Source of the DNA: Eledone cirrhosa
Taxonomy: Eukaryota
Reading direction: 5' to 3'
Assembly (NCBI GenBank): GCA_964016885.1
Contig: OZ024740.1
Location: forward strand, 400,830,001-400,894,000
Length of the DNA stretch: 64,000 bases
The translations under genes and the position numbers were made by a program. Shown here one piece after another: positions 11,006 through 28,668 of the stretch (position 1 is the stretch's first letter; each line of letters starts with the position of its first letter). Below the pieces are notes generated by a model, which saw only the letters and a list, made by a program, of their open reading frames with translations, was not told the origin of the DNA and searched no databases.

Positions 11006-12555
11006 GGTTGAGGACAGTGGATTGGCAGTATCGGTAGAGGGTCGGACGCCCTGCTTTGCGGTATACAGTTTCGGCCCTTTATGATCTGAGTTCAAATCCC
11101 CACGAGGTTAACTTTTCCTTTCATCCATACGGGGTCGATAAAATAAAGTAACTGAAACGCACTGGGGTGATTTAATCGACTTTCCCCTCCCCACGAAAAT
11201 TGCTGGCCTTGTGCCTATATAAGAATCCATTATTATTATTAGATGGGGGGGGGGGGGATCGGTAGCCCATTTGCTATAAGAATATCATGTAGTAATTACC
11301 TTAGTTCCTTGAATTGATAGATTTCAGTATTTAACTCCGAGTGGGTGCTACTTTATTGTAATGTTGGTGAAATAATTACATGTCAAATATACAGTTTTTC
11401 TTTCTATTTCAAATATGTGGGTATTTAGTATTATACATTATTGAAGGCGGTGGACTGGCAAAATCATTAGAGTGTCAGCGAAATTTTTCAGATTTTATTT
11501 ACTCCATTTTACGCTCTGAGTTATGATTTAGCAGATATCAAATTTGTCTTTTATCATTTTGTTGTCGATAAAATAACGTACCAGTTAAATCCTGGAGTAG
11601 ACATAATAGACTTCCCTTGCCCAAAATTGCTGGCCTTGTGTGAATGTTTGAAATAATTATTGCGTATTATTTGAAAGAAATCTGGAACTCCTTATAAAAA
11701 AACTCACTAGAGTTCTTTGTTAACTTGATAATATAACAACTATACTATTATTCTTTTGTTAATCAGATGAAACAATATATTTTCAGCTAATTTGAATGGT
11801 GTTAAATAATCGAACGATCGATACACAATTCTCTCTTCGTTAATGATTAAGATATAAATTTAATCATACTGAGAACATAGGTTGAGACATGGAAACATTA
11901 AAGGAGAAAATATAACACCATTCCAGCTTTTTCCTTCTTTGTAGCACGATGTTTGCATATGTATTTCTTTGTACCACCTCGAACAATTGAATCACCTTCA
12001 GTCTTTCTCTTCCACTTATAAAAGGTGTTTATTAGAGACAGTGCATATCATCTCAAAACTTTGTTTAATTAAACCGCATTTTGCCAAATTAATTATTCTA
12101 TGTCATTCTCATTTGCTAAGATCCATTAATTACTGTTGCACAATCTTTTTGTCCTGGATCTAATTACAATGACATTTCAAAAGAACGAGTAGTATTGTTA
12201 ATAGATGCATTAGTACTGATTTTTATTTTTATTATATCTAAACAATGTCAGGTACTGGGGTCGATTTAATCGACTTTCCCCTCTCTCAAAATTGCTGGGC
12301 TTGCGCCTATATAAGAAACCATTACATTTAAATAATGTGAGGGCGGTGGGTTGGCAGTAACGCTAGAGCGTCGGACACTAAGCTCTGCAGCGTAGCTACA
12401 CCCCTTTACGATGTGAGTTCTAATCCAGTTAAGGTTAGTTTTGACTTTCATCCTTATGGAGTTGATAAAATAAAGTACCAGTGAGTACTTGGGTCGATCT
12501 GATCCACTTTGCCTTCACTTTGAAATTGCTGACCTTGTGCCTAAAGTAAAATTCT
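10140..12555 (+). mobile_element. Cluster of about 8 co-oriented tRNA-derived SINE copies
   Basis: A-box-like TGGCAGTATCGG, B-box GAGTTCAAATCC, central TTTGCCTTTCATCCTTACGGGGTCGATAAAATAAAGTACCAGT (Nin/Deu-like domain), (ATT)n tails. Includes a non-SINE gap at ~11660-12245. Confidence 0.9.
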
Positions 12556-14170
12556 TTATATTTAAACAATTTTACATATTTATTGTGGGTTGACCCCAAT
12601 ACATGAATAGCAGCCGGCGAAATATAACAGCCGCTAGATAAAATGCATTGCCATATTTTTCCTTTTCTCCCTGCCTGGAGTTCAAAACTAGTCGGGGTTT
12701 AATTTTGATTTCGATTCTTCTGTGTTTGATAAAGTTCTAATCAAGATTGATGTCAATACTTCTCTTTCTGTTCTACCTCCTCTATCCCTCTCTCTCGGCT
12801 ACATTGCACGATTAGAAAGATAATATTCGCGAATCCAGAAGAATACAAATCAACCAGGATATTAATGGGATTTAAGCTCGGAAGTATTTTTGTGGGTTGT
12901 ATTATCTAGTGCATAAAATCCTATGTATTTCTAAGTCTTAGTTTCATGAAATTTCAATTTCCCTGCTAAATATATGTTACGTTTTATTATGAATCGCCTT
13001 ATATTAGTAGATTTTTAAAAATTTCGTATGTTTCCAGGTGGATTTTTCTAAACGGAATTTCACATCAATTTTTTGGAGAGAGACAGTCTATGGTGGACGG
13101 AGTTGAAAGGTTTCATGATATACCTTTTTCTTATGCCATGCCCTCATGAAGTTTAAGTACCACTTGAATAGAAAGTTGTATTGAGATTTATAACTCTACA
13201 GCAAATGTTATGGTGTGGCTAAATGGATCTACTCCATCCGATAGTAGTATGAGTATGGTAGAGCTGTTTGAAGGCTATATTATATTTAGTGTCAGTATAA
13301 TGAGGGTTGTCAGAAATCTCCCTGCATAGCTAAACCCTCTCATATTTAGGAAGCTTTCTTGGTCTTATATTGTAGATCTATACTTTATTGATGTTTCTAT
13401 ATGTTTTCGTTGACATCACACTTTTAATTCATGTAAACCAGAAAATTGTTTTTTGTTCGTTGTTTTCCTTTGAATTTTTTACTCTGTTCCAACCATTTTA
13501 TATCAACAAAATAAATCATTATGATTCTATTAAGAGCGATGACGTCCAGAATATATATACTATCGTATTGCATCTCATTATGACCCTTTACATTCCGGGT
13601 TCAATTTGTTTAAGAGATCAACGTTGCCCTGTTTCCTTCAGGAGTCAACAAAATTAACAGTCAAATCTGGTATCAATTAATTTGACTAAGTATCCCTCCA
13701 CGTTAACATATTTGGCCTCGTGTCTATGTCCCGATTCCCTATTTAGAATTTACACACTAATAAGCATACAAAATCAAATGTGTTTGTGTGTGTGTTTATT
13801 ACTGTTTAATGCTATGCGTATATACAGTATATACGTGCGAGTCTGGGTTTGTGTTAATCACGAAAGATTATGGAAAATTGACAAAGGTTTGTCACTTCAC
13901 TCCTTATCTCTCCGGTGATCAGCACTGTCTCTATCTATTAGAAAACAGATTGTTTACTTTTCTTTCCTCTTCTACTGACCTTACTATGCAAACGGAAGAA
14001 AGCTTAATTTACAGGCGGATACTCGCTGAAACACATTCACACAGATACTATTATACACGATCAAAACAGCAGCAATCTATCTTTTGACTAATGACATCTC
14101 ACACATACACTCGCACACAAACATGCGAATATATGTGCATTTACATACATACATGAGTATACAGGCATAT

Positions 14171-14205
<35 letters not shown>

Positions 14206-14270
14206 TAGAAAGTGAGTTTTTTTTATAACAGAATGATAATTAACAGAGGTGTCCTACACGAGTGAAAATA

Positions 14271-14519
<249 letters not shown>

Positions 14520-14619
14520 TATATATAGTAATAATAATAAATTTGAAGACCAAAATCGAAAGAGGGCTCGATAAGGATAAATATATATCAAATATATAAG
14601 AACCGTAGAGCAAATATTT

Positions 14620-16152
<1,533 letters not shown>

Positions 16153-16379
16153 GAAAGTTAATAACTCTTACTGAAACCCTGTAATGAATAAGCTCCAAGC
16201 ATAAATACTGAGCATTATAAAATTAATAATATATATGTAGTAAGAAACACAGTAAACCGTGTGTCTAATATTACGAGAGTTGAAAGACCACATTTGTTTG
16301 AAAAATTTAACCATGAAGCAGACAGAATGATAAAATAAAATAAAATTATATTATACAAACCGCCTCAATAACACTTACA

Positions 16380-16459
16380 TCTCTCGGACAGATTAGGGAT
16401 AATCTGTTTCGCCCAGAATGTGTTTGCAACAGATAATCCAGGGCATCATCAGCGAGAGA
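16380..16459 (-). ncRNA. Full type I hammerhead ribozyme, family D
   Basis: TCTCTCG-CTGATGA-tGCCC...GGGC-GAAA-CAGATTA tccc TAATCTG-TC^CGAGAGA. Stem I 7 bp, stem III 8 bp, GUC site. Confidence 0.92.
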
Positions 16460-16913
16460 ATCTGATTAAATGCGACAAACACGATAGTACCAACGTTCAC
16501 ACAGAAAGATGAATTTATCACCTCGTGCGCCGCAAGTCAAAAGTGGTATAAGTGCATTGGTTAGAAAACACAGTCCAACACACGCAACTTAATAAGCTCA
16601 CCTCTTGAGGGAGCCGAAATATAAATGAAAGTTAGAGTTAATAACTCTTACTGAAACCCTGTAATGAATAAGCTCCAAGCATAAATACTGAGCATTATAA
16701 TAATAATATATATGGAGTAAGAAACACAGTAAACCGTGTGTCTAATATTACGAGGGTTGTAAGACCACATTTGTTTGAAAAATTTAACCATGAAGCAGAC
16801 TGTTGTTTCTAACCAATGCACTCATACCTCTTTTGACTTGCGGCGCACGAGGTGATAAATTCATCTTTCTGTGTGAACGTTGGTACAATTGTGTTTGTCG
16901 CATTTAATCAGAT

Positions 16914-16993
16914 TCTCTCGCTGATGATGCCCTGGATTATCTGTTGCAAACACACTCTGGGCGAAACAGATTATCCCTAATCTGTCCGAGAGA
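16914..16993 (+). ncRNA. Full type I hammerhead ribozyme, family D (inverted copy)
   Basis: Same fold as 16380-16459; predicted cleavage after 16986. Confidence 0.92.
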
Positions 16994-17161
16994 TATAATT
17001 GTTATTGAGGCGGTTTGTATAATATAATTTTATTTTATTTTATCATTCTGTTTGCTTCATGGTTACATTTTTCAAACAAATGTGGTCTTTCAACCCTCGT
17101 AATATTAGACACACGGTTTACTGTTTCTTACTACATTTATATTATTATATATATATATATA

Positions 17162-17705
17162 AATGAAAACTAGAGCAAGAAACAGGACTGTCCATCATCA
17201 GTGATCTTCTGACTATCATCGGTATTTCTTCGCATTAAAGACCAGATACCTCAAATTCAGTGCGAGCAATAACTAAACTAATTTATTGGGACACAAAGAA
17301 TGGGTGGAGAAATAGAGACAGTAAACAAACGAAAATGGTAATGCAACGTAAAGAGAGGAAATTGAGAATACAAGTCAATGATACATGTGAACTTAAGTTC
17401 TAGCAAACCAATGATGAGAAGACAACAGACGCGTCTGAACTCTGCGAAAGTGAGCGAGAAAAGGATTTCACACAGGTCAGACGGGAGGAAGTGAGAGAGG
17501 AGGAGTAGCAGAGAGGGAGTGAGTGAAAGTGTGAGGAAGAGGCCAGCCGAGAGAGTGTGACCAGCAGAGAGGGTGAATGAAAATACGAGGTACAAGAAGA
17601 GAAGGGGGGGGGAAGAGGATAGCAGTAAGGTGATAGAAAAAGACAGGTCGCAGCGAGGGGAAAATTATAGGAATGGAAAATGGCGTGCTGCGTTGTTGCG
17701 AATGT
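17162..17705 (-). mobile_element. Penelope pLTR-like remnant, related to 8950-9230
   Basis: GA-rich non-coding segment between TA tracts; CTGATGATGGACAGTCC stem II without GAAA. Confidence 0.5.
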
Positions 17706-17725
17706 GATATATATAAATATATATA

Positions 17726-17808
<83 letters not shown>

Positions 17809-17844
17809 ATATATATATATATAAACACATATAAATATATATAT

Positions 17845-18033
<189 letters not shown>

Positions 18034-18039
18034 TACACA

Positions 18040-18095
<56 letters not shown>

Positions 18096-18517
18096 TGTGT
18101 ATATATGTATATATATATATATTATATATATACATATATTATATATATATACATATATACACAGTATATATATATGTATATATTTATTTATGTATATATA
18201 TATATATATACATAAATAAATAAATAAACAGACAGATAACTAAACACGTGTATTCAGGTTATATTTTTAGATTTAGTCTGTTTTGTTTTGATGACACGAT
18301 GTTATCGCAAACACTTTATTTCAGTTCTTGAATTGTTGCTGTCGTATTTGTTCCTTAGCCCCAGGCTTGCCAAGACCGAGCAGCCAGTTATTTTCTAGGA
18401 GAATATGTTATCTGAGGTGTTCTTTTCTATCTCAGATGATAGGGTTTCATTTGGGCGATATTTCACAGGTTGTGTGAAAATGTAAAATCTTTTTTGTGAG
18501 AATCAGTATATAGACTG

Positions 18518-18599
18518 TATATAGGCAGTTATAGGCAGTATATAGGCAGTTATAGGCAGTATATAGGCAGTTATAGGCAGTATATAGGCAGTATATAGG
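18518..18599. repeat. 10/11-bp tandem repeat GT(A)TATAGGCA
   Basis: About 8 consecutive units visible. Confidence 0.9.
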
Positions 18600-19691
18600 T
18601 CGCTTGCGATGGGATTGCAGTTTTTAAAAAATTAAATTCAATATATATCTAATAGAATGATGGATTGAGCCTAATTCAGAAATGGGAGGAAAAGGTGTTC
18701 AGTTTTTGTCTATTACTTTATCTATTGACCCTGAAGACATCGAAGGCAAATTTGACTTCGATTGGATATGAAGTAAGAGCGCAAAATATTGGATCAAGTA
18801 CGCTCTAACCATTTCTATTGTAAATAATACTGGTAAATATACGAACTGTTACAGAAGCAGAAATATGTTAAAGGGTAGAACTCAGTGCAATTGGGGGTAG
18901 CATCATATTCGCTCCGGAATCGATACGCAGCTGGTTCAAACTCTATTTTAAATTAGTGCTTAATATCTAGATATTTCCGTATTTGTGAACATTAAAACTG
19001 TGTAATATATCTATACTAACTCCATCTGCCGTTAATTTTGCATGCGTATGTATATTCCGGTTGACACATCATAACAGTGTCTACATCACTAGACACTTCG
19101 TTACCAACGATGCTTCCGATGATTAACACTGTTAGTTATGTTAGAGATTCCCCTGCTGTTGTTGTTGAAGTTGTTATTGGCACTCCTATCGTTATTTGTT
19201 GTTCTATTGCTGATTACAGTTACTTTTACATTTTTATTTCAGAAATTTTGTATGCTATTTTATACATTTCATTTCATCAATTTGAGTTAGTTTTTTTTCA
19301 GTCTCTGATTTGATTTAATTTTTTTTTATTAAGGTTTTCTTTTACGGGTCTATAAATTCCTTTCTCTGTCTTTAATTGTTTCCGCTATTTTCCATCTGCC
19401 TCTCCATCTCTTTCATTTCACTCTATATATCATCTTATCCTTCTCTTTCTCTCAGTTTAGCTTTAGCTATCTATGGCTATTTCATATCTTTTTATCTATT
19501 CTACACAGTCCACAACTTCAGTGATCCTGCAACCAAGCTATCCATTTCAGTTCAACCGAGTTTTTCGTTATCCTTTTGTTTCTCTTTGCTCTCCCTTTCC
19601 TCTACTCTTACAAATACATTCTTTTATCTCTTTACCCTTCACGTTAATCTGACACTTCCCTCTCTTCCCTGATCATTATCACTTACAATTT

Positions 19692-19769
<78 letters not shown>

Positions 19770-19969
19770 CTCTAACTAACTATCTATCCATCTATCCTTC
19801 TATCACAGTGATACCCTTCATGGGTTTCCTTCTATCTATATTCCTTATTATTGCTTCAGCCATCGCATCAGCTATCCAACTAATTATCTACTCTAAACCC
19901 TTGTTCTCTGACATACAAAACATACGTTGTGCTTCTTTATTGAATTGGGTATACATACACACACAGACA

Positions 19970-20047
<78 letters not shown>

Positions 20048-20068
20048 CATATATGCACATATGTATAC

Positions 20069-20103
<35 letters not shown>

Positions 20104-20227
20104 CATATATATTCATTTATATATACATACATATTCATTTATAAATACATATATACTCATATATACATATATATATAAATATATATATACATATATGTAT
20201 ACATTATATATATATATGTGTGGGGGA

Positions 20228-20275
<48 letters not shown>

Positions 20276-21997
20276 TAGAGCCGCACACACACACATATAT
20301 ATACACATATGTATACACTATATCGTTTTTTTTCCGACTGGCCGGAAATTGCAAAAATCTTCCAATTTTCCAGGCGCCACTTTCCAACAAGTTGAACAGT
20401 TCTTTTAACAAGATTTTATTAAACTAGTGTGTAGACTAATTTATTCTTCTTTGTTGAACACAAAAATAAACAAAACGTATGTGTATTTTTTTTTCTCTTG
20501 AGAGAAATTGCTGTAAATCACAAAGGCGAATTGATACTGCATTGTGGTTTCATATACCGGTGGAATTTTTTTCGTTAGTTTATTCTGCTAAAAGGCTAGA
20601 GGAAATAAACATAGGGAAAACAAAGGCAACAAACTATTTTATAATTTTACCTATAACGGAATTCATTTCTCAACTTAGGCCGTATTTTCTGGCTTTAGGA
20701 GTCTTGACCGGGTTCATTTCTGGTCTATCGCAATTAGCTTATTTCTTGTGAGATGCAATGAGTCACATTCGTCTTATTATATGGCGCTAGAAGAGTATTA
20801 ACTACATACAATGGGTAAACAAAGGTTTCTGAATAGAGTATATTATCAAAGATATTAAAATTTAGAATATATTCTCTCAGCATTTAATGTGACTGAAACG
20901 TAATTGAGGGGTAAATATTTTCATTTGTATGTTATAGAAAACCTAATAAACTCTACTTCAGGATCAGGCCCTTTGGAAACAGACAATTAAATTGTCTATA
21001 TAAAAAGTTAAATATTTGATTTTAGTAGCTCATTATGCTGATGGTTACTCTCTGGATGTAGTAGCTAGGATACGAAATCTATCTATACAGACTATGAATG
21101 GTTTGTTTAATACACACCACTTATAACAAACATTATAATAAAGGCTGAATATAAAGTTTATATGAGAGTGTGAGTCAACTATACTGGTCACCAGGTTTTA
21201 CTGATATTATGACTGTCTGACACAGAAACGGTTTTATTCAATTTACAACACTTTAATAGATTTTTCTCAATCTATTTTTAGGAATAATTTTAAAAAGTTA
21301 AGATTTTCACACGTACACAGGAAATGAAAATAGAAAGGAATAGGAAATAAATAAATGGGTAAAATTGACACTCTGCTAGATACGACAATCTCCTTAATAA
21401 GGCTCTTTCTTCAGGTGAAAATCCTAATCGATGGAGGAATGCGAAATTCCGAAGAGCGAGGTTTCCACCGCCTACATTGCAAATGGAATCGGTCCGGTAT
21501 TGTAGATGAAAAACAAATTTTGGCACGGAGAGAGATTATTGAAATATATAATCATGTTCTTTTGTTAGATGAAACACAATATTGTAGAACTCTATTAGCA
21601 AAAACCTGATTATTTCAAATTAATAAGACTTACAATTGTTTCCAATATATTCATTCTAACAAAAATGTGTAAATGCTTGTGTCAATGCAATTTATTAATA
21701 TACGTGAAAAATTATGAACTGTAAAATGGACGTTGGCAAAAGTTGAACTTCGACTGTCCAGTTTATATTTTCATTTTCTAAAGAGCAGTGTGGTTAGTGG
21801 GGTGACTCAAACAACTCTATCGTCAGTTATGAAATTCACCATTATAATTCGGGGAAATTTGACTAATAACGTTGTAAAAAGAAGGCACGAAACGGTGCAA
21901 TTTAGGTAGGGGTATTATGTTCGATTACAATGACAGGAGTACCAAAACAGGTACAATTGCAATCACTATAATATACACACGCGCAAGCATATACATA

Positions 21998-22070
<73 letters not shown>

Positions 22071-22096
22071 CTATATATATATATATATATATATAT

Positions 22097-22290
22097 AACG
22101 AAGGAAGTGCGGTAAGGGACCAGGTGGGTCATAACGCACCAGAGTATCCAATACTTAGGGTAGTAGAGTGGGTAATAGGAAAATGTTCAAGACACCGACG
22201 GCAGAGTTCAAGCTGTTTCGATGGCTATTTAGTCCAGAAATAGCCGTCGAAACGGGTTGAGCTCTGCCGTCGGAGTCTTGAACATTTTCT

Positions 22291-22292
<2 letters not shown>
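22097..22292. mobile_element. Family C element with terminal fold-back
   Basis: GAAAATGTTCAAGAC.CCGACGGCAGAG...CTCTGCCGTCGG.GTCTTGAACATTTTC hairpin; TA tracts on both sides. Confidence 0.8.
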
Positions 22293-22340
<48 letters not shown>

Positions 22341-24084
22341 TATCCGTAGATGAACACTCTTTAATGAATAGTCTGAGAATCTTATGAGAAGGCTACCCAT
22401 TAAAAAGGAAGTAAAACACGGATTTATTCGACATAGTATATTACTGATATTAACGTTTAATGGCTGATGACAAGACGGAATGTGACTAGCGTAAATATTG
22501 CAAATCATATCTCAATGGCTTTAAGTTCTTTTTAACTCTGCAGCAGGAGTAAATGTTCGTGTCTCAGTTTGCTCTCAATTTACAATTATGTTTTACAACA
22601 CAACATTTTTACAGATGTTTCTCTCTTTTCATTTGATTTCTTATCACTATGATACTGTTGGTTTGAATTTAAAGCCAGTGCTATCATATTACTGAACTGA
22701 TAAAAATAATATAAATTACGTATACTTTACTGAATGTAAATAAAACTTTAACGATAGGAAAAAGGCATTATAAATCCAATATAAGCTGTTTAAGGTTTCC
22801 GGTTTTCTAACCTCATATTTTCCTATTTTAAGTATTTTACATTTCAATCTTTATGTGATTTACAGATAAGCTACTGTTACCATTTGTGCGTTCTTCTCAG
22901 TTATCCCTGATCAAACAGTCCTATGATCAATGGCTATTTTAGTATGACCAGCTCAGTCTTATTACCGATACACTGTATCAATGATCCCATTACATGCCAT
23001 TCATATTTAATGACAGTTCAACTCGATTTGATGAATATTTGTTTCCTATATCTAGCAGAACATTTAGAATGCTCCATCTTAGGTTTACTTTCTCCTTCAA
23101 TCATTTCAGCTGCTAGCGTTTAAATTTCATATCACATTCTGTTTATTTAATTCTGATCAGATCTCATCGAAGAGAACTTTGATCGTCCCTTTTTACGATG
23201 AGACAGTCTCACATTTTGTTTTAAATCAGTGTATCTCAGACTAAATTATTCAATTTGTCTTTCCTGTTGAAAGATATTTAGGGTGTAATATGTTAAGTGT
23301 ATATTATTTTTAGCAGATATAGTGACTGTGTAACGGTTGCTACGTTGGTTCGGTATTATATACTTGTAAATATTGTTGCATAATATACAGAAAAAGATCC
23401 ATTAAAATCTTACATGACAGAACACAATCACAAAAGCAAATCCATTTATATTTTTGCTTAAGAATCGATGAAATGTAAATGGTCATTTCGTAGGTATTGT
23501 GCTTAAAACAAATATACATATGCGTGTGCACAATGCGCAGACATGGCTATGTTGTTTACCTATTCGCTGGGCTGCCAGATGGTTTGGGATTCGGTCTCAA
23601 TCTACGATATACTGGCTAAGTGATTTTGATAAATTCTCAGGTTGATCTCTCTCTCTATATATATATATATATAACTTCCTGCATGGAGAAGGATGGTTTG
23701 AGGAATAAACATTTTCTACTTTCATGATTTTTAAGTACTCACACGACAACTCTTTTCATCCAAACGTGACCGCTTCCTGGTTCTATCTTTGTTAACACAC
23801 TTTTGTTTCATGTAATATTCTGAAATCTGGTTAAAATCTTTCTCCACTCAGGCACATTTTTTTCAGATACACGAAGTATCTTTGTCGATATATACATATT
23901 TCTCTCCTCGCAAATATCTTGAAGGAATTTGTCCAAGGGTATTTTGTATTTTATGGGACCAGTTTATGTATTTTATAAGTGAACTTTAGACAATTTGAGT
24001 TGATTCTTTCTATGACTGATGGCATTTATTATTATCATTATATATATGTACATGATACTAGTTGTTTCTCAACTAGATATATGA

Positions 24085-24113
24085 AAGAGACTTTTTTGCA
24101 TATCGTTTGAATT

Positions 24114-24155
<42 letters not shown>

Positions 24156-24184
24156 AATTCAAACGATATGCAAAAAAGTCTCTT
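24085..24184. repeat. Perfect palindrome centred on a (TA)n tract
   Basis: AAGAGACTTTTTTGCATATCGTTTGAATTTAAA-(TA)n-TTTAAATTCAAACGATATGCAAAAAAGTCTCTT. Confidence 0.95.
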
Positions 24185-24259
24185 ATATACATTGCCCAAG
24201 GAATGCGCTGAGATACAACCGGTACTGGCATTGATAAATACGCTGGGTCCGTCAACCCT

Positions 24260-26017
<1,758 letters not shown>

Positions 26018-26139
26018 ATAATATATAATAAGAGTTTTGCGAGGTTTTTGATATGAAATCGTGTGTCGAACAGTGCGTGTGTTCTCTTATTAATTCTGGC
26101 AATATTATTACACAAATATGACCCTCCCCAAGTATAATA

Positions 26140-26184
<45 letters not shown>

Positions 26185-26258
26185 CGAAGGAAATGTGGTA
26201 AGGAACCGGAATTATCCGTAGAAGCGGCTTGAGCTCAGCCGTTGGGGTCCTACTCATT

Positions 26259-26313
<55 letters not shown>

Positions 26314-26503
26314 CCCAAACGGCAGACCTCAAGCCGTATCGACGGCTACTTCAGTACAGAAATACCCGTGAGCTCTGCGTCGGGGTTAAACATTTTACTA
26401 TTACCTACTCGACTACCCTAAGTATTGAGAACTCTGGTGCGTTATGGTCCATCTGGTTCCTTACAACACTTCCTTCGTTATATATATATATATATCTATC
26501 TAT

Positions 26504-28460
26504 CTAAGGCGGGTAAAATTCCCGAGATCCATGGATGAGTTCTCTCCAGCGGTCTCTGTCCCTCATTATCGCTGCCATGTCCTGCATCTCCAACAGACCA
26601 GTGCCTGTCATTAGGGCATCAACATACGTTAACCTTGGTCTTTCTCTTCTAGTGTGTCCATGTAAGGCCTCCCAAAGGAGTACTGAGTGCAATGTCAACT
26701 CTGGATGTCGGTGAGCATGTCCAGCTAACCTCAGTCTCCTCTGTGTCACTTTTGAGCTGACTTTTGGGATGCTCCCATACAGCTCTGAGTTTTTCATCCT
26801 CAGTGTATACGGATTAATGTTCAGAGCCATCCTCAGCATTCTCGTGTAGCACCCATCCACCATCTGAGTGAGTTTCTTGGTCAGTGTCCAAGTCTCAGAC
26901 CCATACAGCAGCACAGACTCCACTACAGCAATGAAGAGGCGGATTTTCAGGTCTCTACGAAGGTCCGACTTCCACACCGATCTCAAGCTGTGGCACGCCG
27001 CCCAGGCCTTGCTCTTCCTCTCAACCACATCATCTTCCGTATTCCCAATCTTTGCTCCCAAATACAGGAAGTCCTCAACCAATTCCAGCGGCTTCCTGCC
27101 TACATTAGTGATCCCCTCTGGCTTCTCAACATTCTCTACCAGATATTTTGTTTTAGTCTCATTCATTCTCAGCCCCACACTCATCGATACAGTCTCAACC
27201 TCCTGCATCAAATCCTCTGCCTCCTTCACTGTATTTGTCACCAAAACTATGTCGTTGGCAAATTCAGCATCCGATACCTTTTTCGCCCTAACTCTCCTGC
27301 TCTGAGCCGGTGCTACAGTAAAGCCAGAGTCCTGGTGTTTCTCCAGTGCAAGGCGCATACAATAGTCCACTACGATTATAAAAAGGTAGGGAGCCAATGT
27401 ATCTCCCTGGAGCACTCCAGCCAGTATCTCAAAGAACTGTCATCCCATCAGGTGTAATGACTTGGGCTTTGGTGTTGGTGTAGAGCAGTGATATCAGGTC
27501 CACTATCTTCTTGGGGATTCCATAAACCTGTAAGATCTTCATCAGGCAGTAACGGTCCACAGAATCAAAGGCCTTCCTAAAGTCAATGAAAACCATGACA
27601 GCAGGAAGGCACTTTGCTCTAGCTCCCTCTAATATCCTCCTCAGCATCAGGATGTGACTGGTGGTTGATCTACCCTCTCTGAAGCCGTTCTGGTTGTCCC
27701 TGAGCTTCTTCTCCATCTCAGGCTGGATCCTGCTAAGAATCATCCTATTGAGGGTCTTTTCCACAAGTGACGTCAGTGAGATCCCCCTGTAGTTGTTGGT
27801 GTTAGAGAGATCTCCATTCTTTGGCACTGGGACGATGTTACTGATCCTCCACTGATTCGGGGCAACTCCTTTCTCCAGTGCCCCGTTACAGAACCCCAGA
27901 ATAATATCATCAAAATCACACCCCTTCATCACCTCTGATGCCACTCCATCTTCTCCATGAGCCTTGCCCTCCTTGATCCTCTTCTTGGCTCTCTGAAGCT
28001 CCTCTCTGTTGAAGGGCTCTGTCTCAACATCCAGTTCCTCAAACAACCGCCTGATCTCCCCAGTGCTCTGGGCTGTGGAGGGTGGCTCTCCTAGTAGGGT
28101 CATAAAATGGTCTAGCCATTTCCTCTTCCTATCCTCGGGCCCCGTTCCCTGGATCAGACTCGAACACCTTCTCTTCCTCCCTGTGATCTCGTTGATGATC
28201 ATCCAGCTCTCCTTACATCCAGATCTGTCAACCGCTCTCTCCACACTTCTGATCTTCTCTATCAGTGCCTCCTCTCTGACCTCAGTGTAAGCGGTACATA
28301 GCTCTTCCCTCATCACCTCCACAGTCTCCATCCTCTCCTCCGTAGGATCAGCATAGAATTGGTCCCTGGCATCTTTCAGGTGTTCTCTGGCTGCACACAC
28401 TTTTGGGTTTGCAGAGCTGACGTGCTTCCCTTTGTTCTTTTTCCTCGGCACCAGGGTCCT
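26504..28460 (-). pseudogene. RTE reverse transcriptase region, frameshifted, catalytic FADD changed to FAND
   Basis: ORFs 27429-28451 and 26504-27415. Confidence 0.9.
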
Positions 28461-28668
28461 GGGTATGACATTAAATTACATACAGTGGCAAGGCTCCAGT
28501 TCGGGAGTTCAGGAGATGTGGGGAATGTGGAGTTACCCCTTAGTTGTCATGACCCCCAGGTCTGCCCTGGCCAGGGGTGGTAGTACCTGTTAGGGCTCCA
28601 TTTATGGGTTAAATAACTACCTTATTCGAATGGCGCCGGTAAGGTATTGTCAGCCATTGAAAAAAAAA

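Larger units (their letters stand above)
16149..17147. mobile_element. Hammerhead family D: ~480-bp monomer with direct terminal redundancy plus inverted partial copy
   Basis: 16149-16324 is repeated at 16623-16800. 16797-17147 is the reverse complement of ~16225-16576. Flanked by (TA)n. Confidence 0.88.

Noticed and set aside
20815-21609. Tiny-intron gene model and the ORF containing VKILIDGGMR
   Set aside because: Spliced frames still contain multiple stops, and the motif has no supporting context.
26868-28583. Plus-strand ORFs overlapping the RTE RT region
   Set aside because: Antisense shadows of the LINE ORF.
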